Positions 1 to 9,872 of a stretch of DNA of 64,000 nucleotides are shown piece after piece. Both the position numbers and the translations under genes were made by a program. Under the pieces are notes generated by a model. It searched no databases. It was not told the DNA's origin and saw only the letters and a program-made list of their open reading frames with translations. Each line of letters starts with the position of its first letter. Position 1 is the stretch's first letter. This DNA comes from Fibrobacterales bacterium. Lineage in GTDB: Bacteria > Fibrobacterota > Fibrobacteria > Fibrobacterales > JAOPTW01. The DNA lies in assembly GCA_051532055.1 (NCBI GenBank), contig JAOPTX010000023.1, forward strand, positions 64,001-128,000, in the 5' to 3' direction.

Positions 1-1
1 G

Positions 2-670
2 AAAAAAATCTATATTTATAAGTTGTATGAGCGTATCTGGCATTGGACTCAAGCACTCATCATTATGATACTCATCGCTACTGGACTGGTGATTCACAAC
101 CCAGAAGTATTCACCATCCTTCCCTTTGATGTCGCTATTACTATTCATAGAGTTCTTGGCATCCTTCTAGGGGTCAATGCAATTTTTTCACTTTTTTATC
201 ATATTTCCACCGGAAAAATTACTCAGTACATCCCTGAACCAAAAGGCTTTTTTGCAAAAGCTTTTACCCAACAAATGTATTACCTTAAAGGAATTTTTAA
301 AAAAGAGAAACATCCCTTTGAAAAAATACCTGAACGTCGTCTAAACCCTCTTCAACAAATTGCCTATCTCGGCTTATTAAATATACTCCTTCCTGCTCTC
401 ATGATTACTGGATTCATCATATATTTTTACCCATATGACAATGTCGTACTTGAAGCAATTGGTGGCCTCGAAACTATAGCGACGATACATACCCTCTGTT
501 CATGGTTAATAATTTCATTTCTTATGATGCATATTTATCTTACGACTACTGGACATACTGTGACAGAATACACCAAAGCAATGGTTACTGGCTGGGAAGA
601 TGTCGAAGACCTCACTCCCAAAGACGATGCAACAAACAACAAGGAGGCAACCGATGCTTCAGAGACTTAA
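2..670 (+). CDS. Di-heme cytochrome b subunit (Ni-hydrogenase/thiosulfate reductase cytochrome b family); start codon cut by the window edge
   Basis: Frame is open from nt 2 (KKIYIYKLYERIWHW; the G at nt 1 is probably the end of ATG). ERIWHW, IHRVLG, NPLQQIAY, TIHTL and MHIYLTTTG give four TM helices with heme-ligand His residues. Confidence 0.85.
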   Translation, partial: KKIYIYKLYERIWHWTQALIIMILIATGLVIHNPEVFTILPFDVAITIHRVLGILLGVNAIFSLFYHISTGKITQYIPEPKGFFAKAFTQQMYYLKGIFKKEKHPFEKIPERRLNPLQQIAYLGLLNILLPALMITGFIIYFYPYDNVVLEAIGGLETIATIHTLCSWLIISFLMMHIYLTTTGHTVTEYTKAMVTGWEDVEDLTPKDDATNNKEATDASET

Positions 671-1181
671 AACAAAAGAAGGGTATCTCAATCCCTATAC
701 CGCGGGCTTTGCTCTAGGTATCGTGCTCTTTCTCTCATTTTTACTCACCGGTAATGGCCTTGGAGCTTCCGGGGGGCTCAATCGTATTGTAGTCGCCGTT
801 GAAGACCTGATTACCCCTGAGCACATCGATCAAACCCCCTATCTTTTGAAGATGGCGGGCGGCGACAAAAACCCCTTAGACCATTGGATACTGATGCTCG
901 TTGTCGGCACTGCTGTGGGTGGATTTGCATCCGGCCTTATATCAAAACGCATCAAACCAGAGCTCTTTAAAGGGCCCAACATTAGCAACAAAAAAAGAAT
1001 TGTTATGGCACTTGTCGGTGGCCTGATAATGGGGTATGGTGCACGACTTGCTCGTGGCTGTACATCAGGGCAAGCTCTCTCGGGTGGGGCAACTCTTTCG
1101 GCGGGAAGTTGGACTTTTATGTTTGCAGTATTTGGTGGAGCATACGCTCTTGCCTGGTTTGTTCGGAAAAACTGGAATTAG
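654..1181 (+). CDS. YeeE/YedE-family sulfur-compound transporter subunit
   Basis: ATG at 654 follows an AAGGAGG SD. Gly-rich TM helices with the GARLARGCTSG motif. Confidence 0.88.
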   Translation: MLQRLKTKEGYLNPYTAGFALGIVLFLSFLLTGNGLGASGGLNRIVVAVEDLITPEHIDQTPYLLKMAGGDKNPLDHWILMLVVGTAVGGFASGLISKRIKPELFKGPNISNKKRIVMALVGGLIMGYGARLARGCTSGQALSGGATLSAGSWTFMFAVFGGAYALAWFVRKNWN

Positions 1182-1190
1182 GAGATTAGT

Positions 1191-2411
1191 ATGGCACCTA
1201 TAGAATTTTTATCAGCACTCAGTGAATTACAGCTCTACATAGTACATCTACTTATTGGCATTGGATTTGGCTTTACTTTAGAACAAGCAGGCTTTGGCGA
1301 CTCAAGACTCCTTGCCGCTCAATTCTATTTTAAAAATCTTACCGTCCTGAAAGTAATGTTCACCGCAATTATCACCTGCATGGTTGGAATATTCCTTGCA
1401 TCATCACTGGGGATACTCGACTACACCCAAATTTGGGTGAACCCAACCTACCTCTGGCCAGGGATTGTCGGTGGACTCATCATGGGAGTAGGATTTGTTC
1501 TCGGCGGATATTGCCCGGGCACCTCCCTCGTATCTATGTCAACGTTAAAAATAGATGGAGGACTCTTTGTTGTAGGAGGACTTATTGGCATGTCAATCTT
1601 TGGCGAAACTATTGATGAAGTCTCAATTGCATGGAGCTCGAGCTACATGGGTCGGCTCACTCTCCCTCAAGTTTTTAATATTCCTACAGGGGTAATGGTG
1701 CTCCTTGCGGTCACTATGGCAGTTGGTATGTTTAAAGGGGGCGAATGGCTTGAAAAGAAATTTGGCGACGGCTCACCCAAAGCACTATTTCCCAAATGGG
1801 CGATGGGGGGATTTCTTGTAGTTATTATTGCATTAATTGTTATCGGCCAACCCACCCCTCAAAAACGTTGGCAATTTGTGAAAGAGAGCCACCAACCTAA
1901 CATTGATTCACGGGCCGTTTTCATCCACCCAGGTGAACTGGTTAAAACATGGTTTGATGACAAACTCAGTCTCTCAATCTGGGACTTCAGATCAGAAGAA
2001 GAATTCAACCTTATAAATATTATAGATTCCGATCGAAAACTCATAGACCATCTTACGGAGAAATACATAATTGAACTCCGAAAAAACCCACCCAATAGAG
2101 TGACCGTCATTGTGGGTACGTCTGAACTACAAGCGCTTTCTGTGTATAAACAACTTATGGCCTATGGTATCCCTAACATATACATTCTTGATGGCGGAAT
2201 TGAACAATGGCTCAGAACGTTCAACACTCACCATACCTTTACAGAGCTTGTTAAACCCTCTCCTTATGGACTCCATTTTGACATTCCAGAGGCAAAAGGG
2301 GCACGCCACCGTGTTTCTGAGCCAGAAAAAGAGTGGATAGAACACATGCAGTACCCCTCAAAGATTAAACTTGAACTCAAACGAGGTGTTGCCGGTGGAG
2401 GCTGTGGATAA
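1191..2411 (+). CDS. YeeE/YedE-family transporter subunit fused to a rhodanese-like domain, with C-terminal GGGCG tail
   Basis: N-terminal GIGFGFTLE...GGYCPGT YeeE motifs. C-terminal DFRSEEEF...YILDGGIEQW rhodanese signature. AGGAG SD. Confidence 0.85.
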   Translation: MAPIEFLSALSELQLYIVHLLIGIGFGFTLEQAGFGDSRLLAAQFYFKNLTVLKVMFTAIITCMVGIFLASSLGILDYTQIWVNPTYLWPGIVGGLIMGVGFVLGGYCPGTSLVSMSTLKIDGGLFVVGGLIGMSIFGETIDEVSIAWSSSYMGRLTLPQVFNIPTGVMVLLAVTMAVGMFKGGEWLEKKFGDGSPKALFPKWAMGGFLVVIIALIVIGQPTPQKRWQFVKESHQPNIDSRAVFIHPGELVKTWFDDKLSLSIWDFRSEEEFNLINIIDSDRKLIDHLTEKYIIELRKNPPNRVTVIVGTSELQALSVYKQLMAYGIPNIYILDGGIEQWLRTFNTHHTFTELVKPSPYGLHFDIPEAKGARHRVSEPEKEWIEHMQYPSKIKLELKRGVAGGGCG

Positions 2412-2547
2412 CTTGTTAAATTTGAGCCTCGGTGTATTCAATAGACTCCTAGGCTCACCCTCTTTAAAGATTCTCGGATATTTTATCCCACATAAATACA
2501 GTATAAATAGTTATACTTCGTTCTAGTTACTCACACACGAAGAGAAT

Positions 2548-3297
2548 ATGACCTTACTTGAAATTATTGCCAAGGCAAAAGCAGATAATCAAACAAGCCT
2601 TGATCTTAAAGGACTTGAGATTCGCGACCTCCCTGATGAACTATTTGAACTTACTCAATTAACCGAGCTCAATCTTGACGAAAACAACCTTGTTGTTATC
2701 CCTGATGAGATAGAAAAGCTTATAAACCTTACCGATCTCAGCATTAGTGAAAATGATTTGATGGAACTCAGTCCAGGTATTGGAAATCTCATCAATCTTG
2801 AAAACCTATATCTCGGCTACAATGGTCTCACTGACCTTCCTCCGGAGATTGGAAACTTAAAAAATCTTAAGATGTTAAACATTGCCAAAAACAGTCTTAT
2901 GGAACTCCCTCAAGAGATCGGTGGTCTTGAGAAGCTTGAAAAATTAAGTGTTCATGACAATGTATTGCCAGAACTCCCTAAAGAGATTGGTCTTCTTAAA
3001 AAATTGAGAAAAATTTATCTCGATAATAACTCATTAAAAAGTCTTCCGACTGAGATGGGTGGAATGGAAAGCCTGAAAGAGCTCATCGCATCGGGCAATT
3101 TTTTCACCGCAATCCCTGCAGAACTCGGTAAACTCACACACCTTGAAGAGATCGTTCTCGACATGAATGATATTACAGAGCTTCCCATTGAACTAAATGA
3201 CATTACCGATATTAAATGTATTTCGGTTGTAAATAACCCTGTCTCAATTATTCCTGATGTACTCAGAGAGCATCCTGGACTCATTATAGACAAATAG
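2548..3297 (+). CDS. Leucine-rich repeat protein (about nine 23-aa repeats)
   Basis: Repeated LxxLxxLxLxxNxLxxLPxEIG units. Confidence 0.95.
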   Translation: MTLLEIIAKAKADNQTSLDLKGLEIRDLPDELFELTQLTELNLDENNLVVIPDEIEKLINLTDLSISENDLMELSPGIGNLINLENLYLGYNGLTDLPPEIGNLKNLKMLNIAKNSLMELPQEIGGLEKLEKLSVHDNVLPELPKEIGLLKKLRKIYLDNNSLKSLPTEMGGMESLKELIASGNFFTAIPAELGKLTHLEEIVLDMNDITELPIELNDITDIKCISVVNNPVSIIPDVLREHPGLIIDK

Positions 3298-3317
3298 ACT
3301 TTAACAAAATTATATAT

Positions 3318-3359
3318 GCCAGTAGCTTGTAAATCCCTTACAAGCTACTGGCTTTTTTT
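3318..3359 (+). terminator. Intrinsic terminator
   Basis: Perfect 15-bp stem GCCAGTAGCTTGTAA / TTACAAGCTACTGGC with a 5-nt loop, then T7. Confidence 0.9.
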
Positions 3360-3413
3360 ATAGGGTATTTTTATTATACTAATAACGAAGACACACATTA
3401 CAAAGGAACCGAC

Positions 3414-4115
3414 ATGAAGATTGAAGGATCAAAGATATTAATCACTGGTGGGAGTTCCGGCATTGGAAAAGCTACTGCACAACTCCTTATTGAGAAAGGC
3501 GCTACCGTCGTCATTACCGGACGTGACACCGATAAACTCACTACAGTCGCTCAAGAAATTGGTGCACACCCCCTCCACTTTGACATTTCTCAAGGTGAGA
3601 CTATTGTTGCGAAAAGTGCAGAGGCGATAGCACTTCTCGGCGGCATTGATGTACTCATCAATAATGCAGGTATTGGGGAATTTGGTCTCCTCGAAGAGGT
3701 TACCCTCGACCAATTTGAACGCGTCTTTTCTACTAATGTTTTTGGATTAGCTATGCTCACACAAGCTATACTCCCTCATTTAAAAGCAGCCGGTAAAGGC
3801 TCGATTGTCAATATCGCATCATCTGCAGCAACTAAGGGCTTCGCCTACGGCACTGTCTACTCTGCTTCAAAATTTGCACTCCGAGCAATGACCCAATGCT
3901 GGCAAGCAGAGCTTAGAAAAGAGAATATCAGAGTTATCGGCATTAACCCAAGTGAAGTTCCCACAGCATTTAATAAAACCGATCGAGTTGAACGACCAGA
4001 GGAATTAAATAAGCTTTCAGTAATGGAAATTGCAGAACCTATTGTCAGCGCCCTCGAAATGGATGACCGTGGTTTTATTCCTGAACTTTCAGTCTGGGCA
4101 ACAAACCCTTTTTAA
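3414..4115 (+). CDS. Short-chain dehydrogenase/reductase (SDR)
   Basis: TGGSSGIG, NNAG and YSASK motifs. Confidence 0.95.
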   Translation: MKIEGSKILITGGSSGIGKATAQLLIEKGATVVITGRDTDKLTTVAQEIGAHPLHFDISQGETIVAKSAEAIALLGGIDVLINNAGIGEFGLLEEVTLDQFERVFSTNVFGLAMLTQAILPHLKAAGKGSIVNIASSAATKGFAYGTVYSASKFALRAMTQCWQAELRKENIRVIGINPSEVPTAFNKTDRVERPEELNKLSVMEIAEPIVSALEMDDRGFIPELSVWATNPF

Positions 4116-4117
4116 AG

Positions 4118-5566
4118 TCACTCATTAAGAGTGAACAGATTCATCTGTTCACTCACCCCTTTTAGGTCAAAAAGGCCCACTTCACGAACAGCAACCCTAC
4201 CTTTCAACCCTTTAACCACTGCCTCACTAAATAGAAGTGATGGATTTGGCTCCTTACATTGCGATTCAATACGAGCTGCAACATTCACCGGTGACCCTAT
4301 CACGGTAAATTCTAAGCGATCAGTGCTCCCTATATATCCAGCGATCACCTCACCACAATGAACTCCAATGCCATTATACAGTTTTGGATGCCCTTTCTTT
4401 GATCGTATATGATTGAAGAGCTTGAGTTGAGTACTCATCTCGGCTGCCGCTTGTACCGCATCGTACTCTGACCCCTCACTGCTTTCAGTCAATCCAAATA
4501 CAGCAAGAATCGCATCCCCAATAAATTTATCTACAATACCATTATGAATCTTAATCACCTCTACCATACGGCTAAAATATTCATTGAGCATTGCTGTCAG
4601 TTTTTCTGGTTCAGTCTCTTCTGAAAGTTTTGTAAAGCCCCTGATGTCCACCACTAAAATGGTGAGTTTTTTCTTTGTGCCACCCATGGTTAAAACATCA
4701 CCATCATTACTATAATTCTTAATAAACTCCTCTGCAACATGAGGAGAAACAAATCGACCAAAAGCATCTTTAATCCTCTCACGCTGTCTGAGCCCTTTGG
4801 CCATATCATGGATTCCAGCTGCAACCTTACCGAGTTCATCGGGGCGACTCGCTTCTAGAGCTACTTCAAAATTTCCATCACCAATTTTTTGTACCTCATC
4901 GACAATGATTTGTGTGTCCTCTGAAAGTCCTTTACCATAGTACCATGCCACAATGAGTGCCATGGTAGCATAAAACCCGATCAGATACCCTATCTCATAA
5001 GCTACATTCATTGCAATAACATCTTCCATCACATAACGAGTTATGAGTATTAATATACCGAGAAGAGGGAGGGTCGTAAACAGAACAAAACCCTGCATTA
5101 TACGCCGAGTAAATCGCTCAGGGAATTGGCGAAACCCACCGATTGATCTATTTATACTTCGCACCTGACGTTCTAATAAAACTCGTTCCCACTGCGCTAA
5201 TATTCCCGACCCTAATATCCAATACCCACTGAGCATTTTGAGATGACTCCCAAAGGGGAAGTCAGCATAACGATAATGATGAATCACTACAGCAATCACT
5301 CCAGAAACAGCCCAAAGTGCAATAGCGCTATAATACCCAACTCGTGGTGCAGCATCAAGCGGTTGTTTATCTATAACATACCGAAAAATAAACTCACGTA
5401 TACCAATTTGAAAAAGTGCTAACGCAGCAATATTTTGAACAATCTGATACACAGGAACACTATCGATAAACTGGCACACCATTTTGGCATAGACCGCCAA
5501 AAATAGGGCCGTAATTAATGAAGCTCCATGAATCAAAAAACGTGTTTTTGGGTTAATTACTGACAT
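4118..5566 (-). CDS. Membrane-bound class III adenylate cyclase with HAMP domain
   Basis: About six TM helices, HAMP (DELGKVA), DIRGFT, DKFIGDA, FTVIGSPVNVAARIES. Lys/Thr at the specificity positions indicate ATP. Confidence 0.92.
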   Translation of the reverse strand: MSVINPKTRFLIHGASLITALFLAVYAKMVCQFIDSVPVYQIVQNIAALALFQIGIREFIFRYVIDKQPLDAAPRVGYYSAIALWAVSGVIAVVIHHYRYADFPFGSHLKMLSGYWILGSGILAQWERVLLERQVRSINRSIGGFRQFPERFTRRIMQGFVLFTTLPLLGILILITRYVMEDVIAMNVAYEIGYLIGFYATMALIVAWYYGKGLSEDTQIIVDEVQKIGDGNFEVALEASRPDELGKVAAGIHDMAKGLRQRERIKDAFGRFVSPHVAEEFIKNYSNDGDVLTMGGTKKKLTILVVDIRGFTKLSEETEPEKLTAMLNEYFSRMVEVIKIHNGIVDKFIGDAILAVFGLTESSEGSEYDAVQAAAEMSTQLKLFNHIRSKKGHPKLYNGIGVHCGEVIAGYIGSTDRLEFTVIGSPVNVAARIESQCKEPNPSLLFSEAVVKGLKGRVAVREVGLFDLKGVSEQMNLFTLNE

Positions 5567-5638
5567 ACATCACAAGGTTAAACTTTACGATTAGTATACC
5601 ACAGTTTATGTGAGTGTGCAATTAAGTAAGCAATTCAA

Positions 5639-6154
5639 CTAGAGAAAGGTTACAACCTCATTGATACTTCGTCGAATAGGTCCCGGCTTGGGGCTCCAGC
5701 CCTCTTCGGGATATCCCATAGGGGTCACAGCATAGACCACCTCATTTTCGGCGAGATTAAGAGCATTATAAAGGGTAGCAGTGTCAAAGGCTGCAATCCA
5801 ACACGTCCCCACACCTTCATATTCTGCAGCCAGAATCATGTGATCCATAACAATCGTTACATCAGTTTCAACAGCATTATAACCATCACCACGCCGCCAT
5901 GCAACATCTTTATCCCCGACAACAACAACTATTTGGGGCGCACGCTTAAACCAATCCCGATGATAACACTCTCGTACTTCGTGGAGCATATCTTCACTTT
6001 CAACAACAATTGCACGCCAAGGCTGACGATTAGCCGCTGTTGGCGCTACAATCCCAGCACTAATAATCCGCTCCATTACTTCTTGGGGAACGGGCTTATC
6101 AGGTCTATAACTCCGAATACTGCGTCTTTGAGAAATAAGCGTGTAAAAATCCAT
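5639..6154 (-). CDS. Nitroreductase family protein
   Basis: RRSIRSY, APTAANRQPW, GVGTCWI motifs. Confidence 0.93.
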   Translation of the reverse strand: MDFYTLISQRRSIRSYRPDKPVPQEVMERIISAGIVAPTAANRQPWRAIVVESEDMLHEVRECYHRDWFKRAPQIVVVVGDKDVAWRRGDGYNAVETDVTIVMDHMILAAEYEGVGTCWIAAFDTATLYNALNLAENEVVYAVTPMGYPEEGWSPKPGPIRRSINEVVTFL

Positions 6155-6216
6155 TGTAGGGTTACCTTACTGAAAGTCTATTCGTTTAACTGGTAAAATA
6201 ACAAAGATAGGCTGCT

Positions 6217-7056
6217 ATGCGTAATCCTTTACCTCAAATAATTATTCTCATCTCCTTCATACTCCCACTTGGCTGTACAACTATGATTCCCGAACCCAAC
6301 CAGGGTGTTACTGCAACTGTTGAATTTTTAGCGGTAGGCCAAGGAAGTGCGACCCTTATAACACTCGATAGTATAGCAGTACTCATAGACGCTGGCCCTG
6401 ATAGTAGTTCACTCTATCAACTCCTCAATGAACGCAACATTTCATCACTCAATGCAGTAATACTCACTCATAACGACCGTGACCATTTCGGTGGCCTCTT
6501 TGATATTCTACCTCATATCACAATCGATCACCTGTACCTCCCCCAAAATGCCCACTCCAAATATCACTGGGACTCTCTTACGACACTCATTAAACACATT
6601 AGAGCAGACACTCTTACCCGTGGTGATGTTATTGACGAATTGAATCCCTTGAGCGCCTCCGTCTTATGGCCCACTCTCACTCACACTCTTCCAGGAAACA
6701 GTAGCTCTACCGTACTCCACCTCTCCCTTGGTGCTCACTCAATCCTCCTTACCGGTGATCTCGAAGAATCTGAAGAAAAAGAACTGTTAGCCCTCACTCC
6801 GGACCTCAATGTGGACCTATTACAAGTGGGTCATCATGGTTCAGCAACGAGCACTTCACTCCCTTTTATTGCAACACTCCTCCCTAGTTATGCGGTTATA
6901 CCCGTAGGGAAAAATAATTCCTATGGACATCCCCATCAAAGCACCCTTGATCATCTTAATATGTATGTAACTGACTCACTTTATCGGACCGACCATGACT
7001 CAACAGTAGTCGTCACTCTAAATGGACAAAGCCTCTCAATTACCACCCATCACTAA
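6217..7056 (+). CDS. ComEC/Rec2-like metallo-beta-lactamase-fold lipoprotein (nuclease-like)
   Basis: Lipobox LPLGC; VGQG, THNDRDH, LTGD, GHHGS and NSYGHP motifs. Confidence 0.88.
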   Translation: MRNPLPQIIILISFILPLGCTTMIPEPNQGVTATVEFLAVGQGSATLITLDSIAVLIDAGPDSSSLYQLLNERNISSLNAVILTHNDRDHFGGLFDILPHITIDHLYLPQNAHSKYHWDSLTTLIKHIRADTLTRGDVIDELNPLSASVLWPTLTHTLPGNSSSTVLHLSLGAHSILLTGDLEESEEKELLALTPDLNVDLLQVGHHGSATSTSLPFIATLLPSYAVIPVGKNNSYGHPHQSTLDHLNMYVTDSLYRTDHDSTVVVTLNGQSLSITTHH

Positions 7057-7126
7057 TTACTCTTCCCCCCAATAAGTTCCCACTTCGGACTACAGTCTTC
7101 TTCCCTCTATTGCTATCTTTCCTCAT

Positions 7127-8413
7127 ATGAATGATACCCCCACTTCCCCACTTGCCGAGCGCATGCGCCCCACTACTCTCGATGAGTTATTAGGGCAGAC
7201 TCGTATAATCGGTGAAGGTTCAATGCTCAAACGAGCTCTTGAAGGCGGCTCTGTCCCCTCTATGATTTTTTGGGGGCCTCCTGGATGCGGCAAAACATCT
7301 TTAGCACATGTAATAAGACATCAGACAGACCATGCTTTTATTGCACTTTCTGCAGTCCATTCCGGTAAAAAAGAGGTCCGCGAGGCAATTCTTGAAGCTG
7401 AAAAACGCACCGCGTTTAATAAACAGAAAACCATTCTCTTTATTGATGAGATTCACCGTTTTAATAAAGCACAACAGGATTCACTCCTCCATGCATCAGA
7501 AACGGGCGCGGTTACTCTTATAGGGGCAACCACAGAGAACCCCTCATTTGAAGTCAACAATGCACTACTCTCACGGTGCCAACTCATCCTTTTTGCTCCG
7601 CTTGGTGAAAAAGAACTCCTTAACCTCATAGACCAAGCCCTTAATGACGACCCACGAGGCTTATGTTCAGGAAAAACCATTGAAAAAGAGGCAGCACTAT
7701 CACTTATCAGCCAAGCAGATGGTGACGCTCGCTACCTCCTTAATCAACTCGAGTGGATTGCCGAACACAGCACCGGTGACACTATATCATCTGAAACACT
7801 GAAAGAGGTTCAAATTGAGAACCCACTTCGTTATGATAAAAAAGATGAGAATCACTACAATTTTATCTCGGTTTTTCAGAAATCAATACGGGGAAGTGAT
7901 GTAGATGCTGCGCTCTATTGGCTCCACCGCATGATTCAATCTGGTGAGGACCCACGCTATCTCTTACGTCGGCTCATGCGTATCGCCATTGAGGACATTG
8001 GAAATGCTGACCCACAAGCAATACAACTTGCAACATCTTGCCAGCAAGCGTATGATTTTTTAGGTATCCCTGAAGGACTCATGGCACTTGACCAACTCAC
8101 TATTTATCTAGCAACTGCCCCAAAAAGCAACAAAGTTGAGATAGCAGAGATAAAAGCCAATGCCCTTGTAAAAGAGTTCGGCAACCTCCCTGTCCCCAAA
8201 GCATTCAGAAATGCAGTAAATAAAACAGGCAAGAAATTGGGGTATGGCGATGGCTATAAATATGATCACGATTTTCCCCACTCCTATGCAGGGCAAAACC
8301 ACCTCCCACAAAAACTTGTCGGTACAACCATTTATGAGCCAACCCCACATGGGTTTGAAAAAACCATCGGCCAAAGAATGGAATATTGGCGCAAAAGCAG
8401 AGAATCTAAATAA
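7127..8413 (+). CDS. rarA: Replication-associated recombination protein A (RarA/MgsA)
   Basis: PLAERMRP, GPPGCGKT, DEIHRFNK, GATTENP, KSIRGSD motifs. Confidence 0.96.
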   Translation: MNDTPTSPLAERMRPTTLDELLGQTRIIGEGSMLKRALEGGSVPSMIFWGPPGCGKTSLAHVIRHQTDHAFIALSAVHSGKKEVREAILEAEKRTAFNKQKTILFIDEIHRFNKAQQDSLLHASETGAVTLIGATTENPSFEVNNALLSRCQLILFAPLGEKELLNLIDQALNDDPRGLCSGKTIEKEAALSLISQADGDARYLLNQLEWIAEHSTGDTISSETLKEVQIENPLRYDKKDENHYNFISVFQKSIRGSDVDAALYWLHRMIQSGEDPRYLLRRLMRIAIEDIGNADPQAIQLATSCQQAYDFLGIPEGLMALDQLTIYLATAPKSNKVEIAEIKANALVKEFGNLPVPKAFRNAVNKTGKKLGYGDGYKYDHDFPHSYAGQNHLPQKLVGTTIYEPTPHGFEKTIGQRMEYWRKSRESK

Positions 8414-8535
8414 AAGGGTAATCTTACCCTAAGCCTCATCACTTTGCACCGGCAAAATCCCCCTATTTCTCGCCTAAAAACCGCAATTAAACTATATTTT
8501 GACCACACTCATTAAGCGGTTGGTTCCCACTCATT

Positions 8536-9864
8536 ATGTCTCAGAATTCGGAAAAAGGCTCAACTTCAAAAAAACTTATTAGGGGTATCACCCGAGAACT
8601 GGTAATTCCCATTGTTCTTGCACTGATAGTGATCCAATTTGTTATACAAGCATTTAGAATTCCTACAGGATCTATGGAAAACCACCTTCTTGTCGGTGAC
8701 TTTCTGTTAGGGATCAAATTCGTCTATGGAATAGACCTCCCCTTTAGTGATGCTCGTATTGCAATCTCTGAACCAGACCAAGGTGACGTCGTTATTTTTC
8801 GCTACCCTGGTGACCCAATAGTTCCCGATTACGATAATGACCGGTATAGCTTTATTGCAGACCTCCTTATGTTTGGTAAATATTACTACGATCACAAAGC
8901 CCCAGAAGGGTCTCCAAGTCTTATTCACTCTCCAGAAAGCCCCAAGGATTTTATTAAACGGTGTATTGCCGTTGGTGGGCAAACGATTCAAATTATTGAC
9001 AAACGAGTATTTGTTGATGGAAAAGAGTTTGCCCTTCCTAAAAAGGGAAAGTTTAGGGAGACAGACAACTATCCACTGAGAGATAATTTTGGACCATACA
9101 CACTCCCCAAGGCAGGAGATCATTTTAAACTTGACACTCTCAGCCTTAAAGAACTGTATAATATTAAATCAGTGATTGCCCAAGAAAACCCCAGTAGCAC
9201 TGTAGAGCTCCAACTCTCACTTGCGCAACATGACCAAGCATTGGATAACTACACCTTTGAAAATTTTATATTTCCTTCTGGAATCTCAAACTTTCATTCC
9301 CTCTATATTGCACACATCCGCGAAAAAGATATGGTGTGGAAATCATCAAGTTCCTTTTCAAATAAAGAGAATATTAATATCTCGTTTAACTTTTTCAAAG
9401 AGTATGCTCGAACGGGCTTTATTCTTCGGCCTATGCAAAATAGTATTGGCACTTTTACCCGCACCGTTTCGTACACCTATTTTGAACCACAACTCCTTAA
9501 TAGCCTTGAAGCAAATGTCACTTCTATAAATACCAATGATTCTGCAGCTCACCTCGCTCTTAACTACCATCTTACTGTTGATGGCACCCCAATCTCTGGA
9601 TATACTACTCAAGAGAACACCTTTTTTATGATGGGTGACAATCGACACAACTCTGATGATAGTAGATTTTGGGGCGTTGTAAGCAATCGAAATATTAAAG
9701 CAAAAGCATTTATCACCTACTTCTCATTTGACGATCCACCAGAAAGCTCGGAAGAGTTTAATCGATATGATGATTTCCAAATAGTTAACCCCTTTACTTG
9801 GTTTAAAATACCTGCTAAAATTCGCTGGTCACGTATCGGTAAATTAATTCACCCGGTTAAGTAG
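8536..9864 (+). CDS. lepB: Signal peptidase I with a large insertion
   Basis: IPTGSME (catalytic Ser), FIKRC (catalytic Lys), MGDNRHNSDDSR. Confidence 0.93.
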   Translation: MSQNSEKGSTSKKLIRGITRELVIPIVLALIVIQFVIQAFRIPTGSMENHLLVGDFLLGIKFVYGIDLPFSDARIAISEPDQGDVVIFRYPGDPIVPDYDNDRYSFIADLLMFGKYYYDHKAPEGSPSLIHSPESPKDFIKRCIAVGGQTIQIIDKRVFVDGKEFALPKKGKFRETDNYPLRDNFGPYTLPKAGDHFKLDTLSLKELYNIKSVIAQENPSSTVELQLSLAQHDQALDNYTFENFIFPSGISNFHSLYIAHIREKDMVWKSSSSFSNKENINISFNFFKEYARTGFILRPMQNSIGTFTRTVSYTYFEPQLLNSLEANVTSINTNDSAAHLALNYHLTVDGTPISGYTTQENTFFMMGDNRHNSDDSRFWGVVSNRNIKAKAFITYFSFDDPPESSEEFNRYDDFQIVNPFTWFKIPAKIRWSRIGKLIHPVK

Positions 9865-9872
9865 CCCCCAGT

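Noticed and set aside
654..2411. Selenocysteine in the YeeE/rhodanese genes
   Set aside because: The stops are TAG and TAA, and the motif residues are ordinary Cys codons.
2423..2457. Imperfect hairpin after the YeeE-rhodanese gene
   Set aside because: Two mismatches and a poor U-tract; too weak to call as a terminator or ncRNA.
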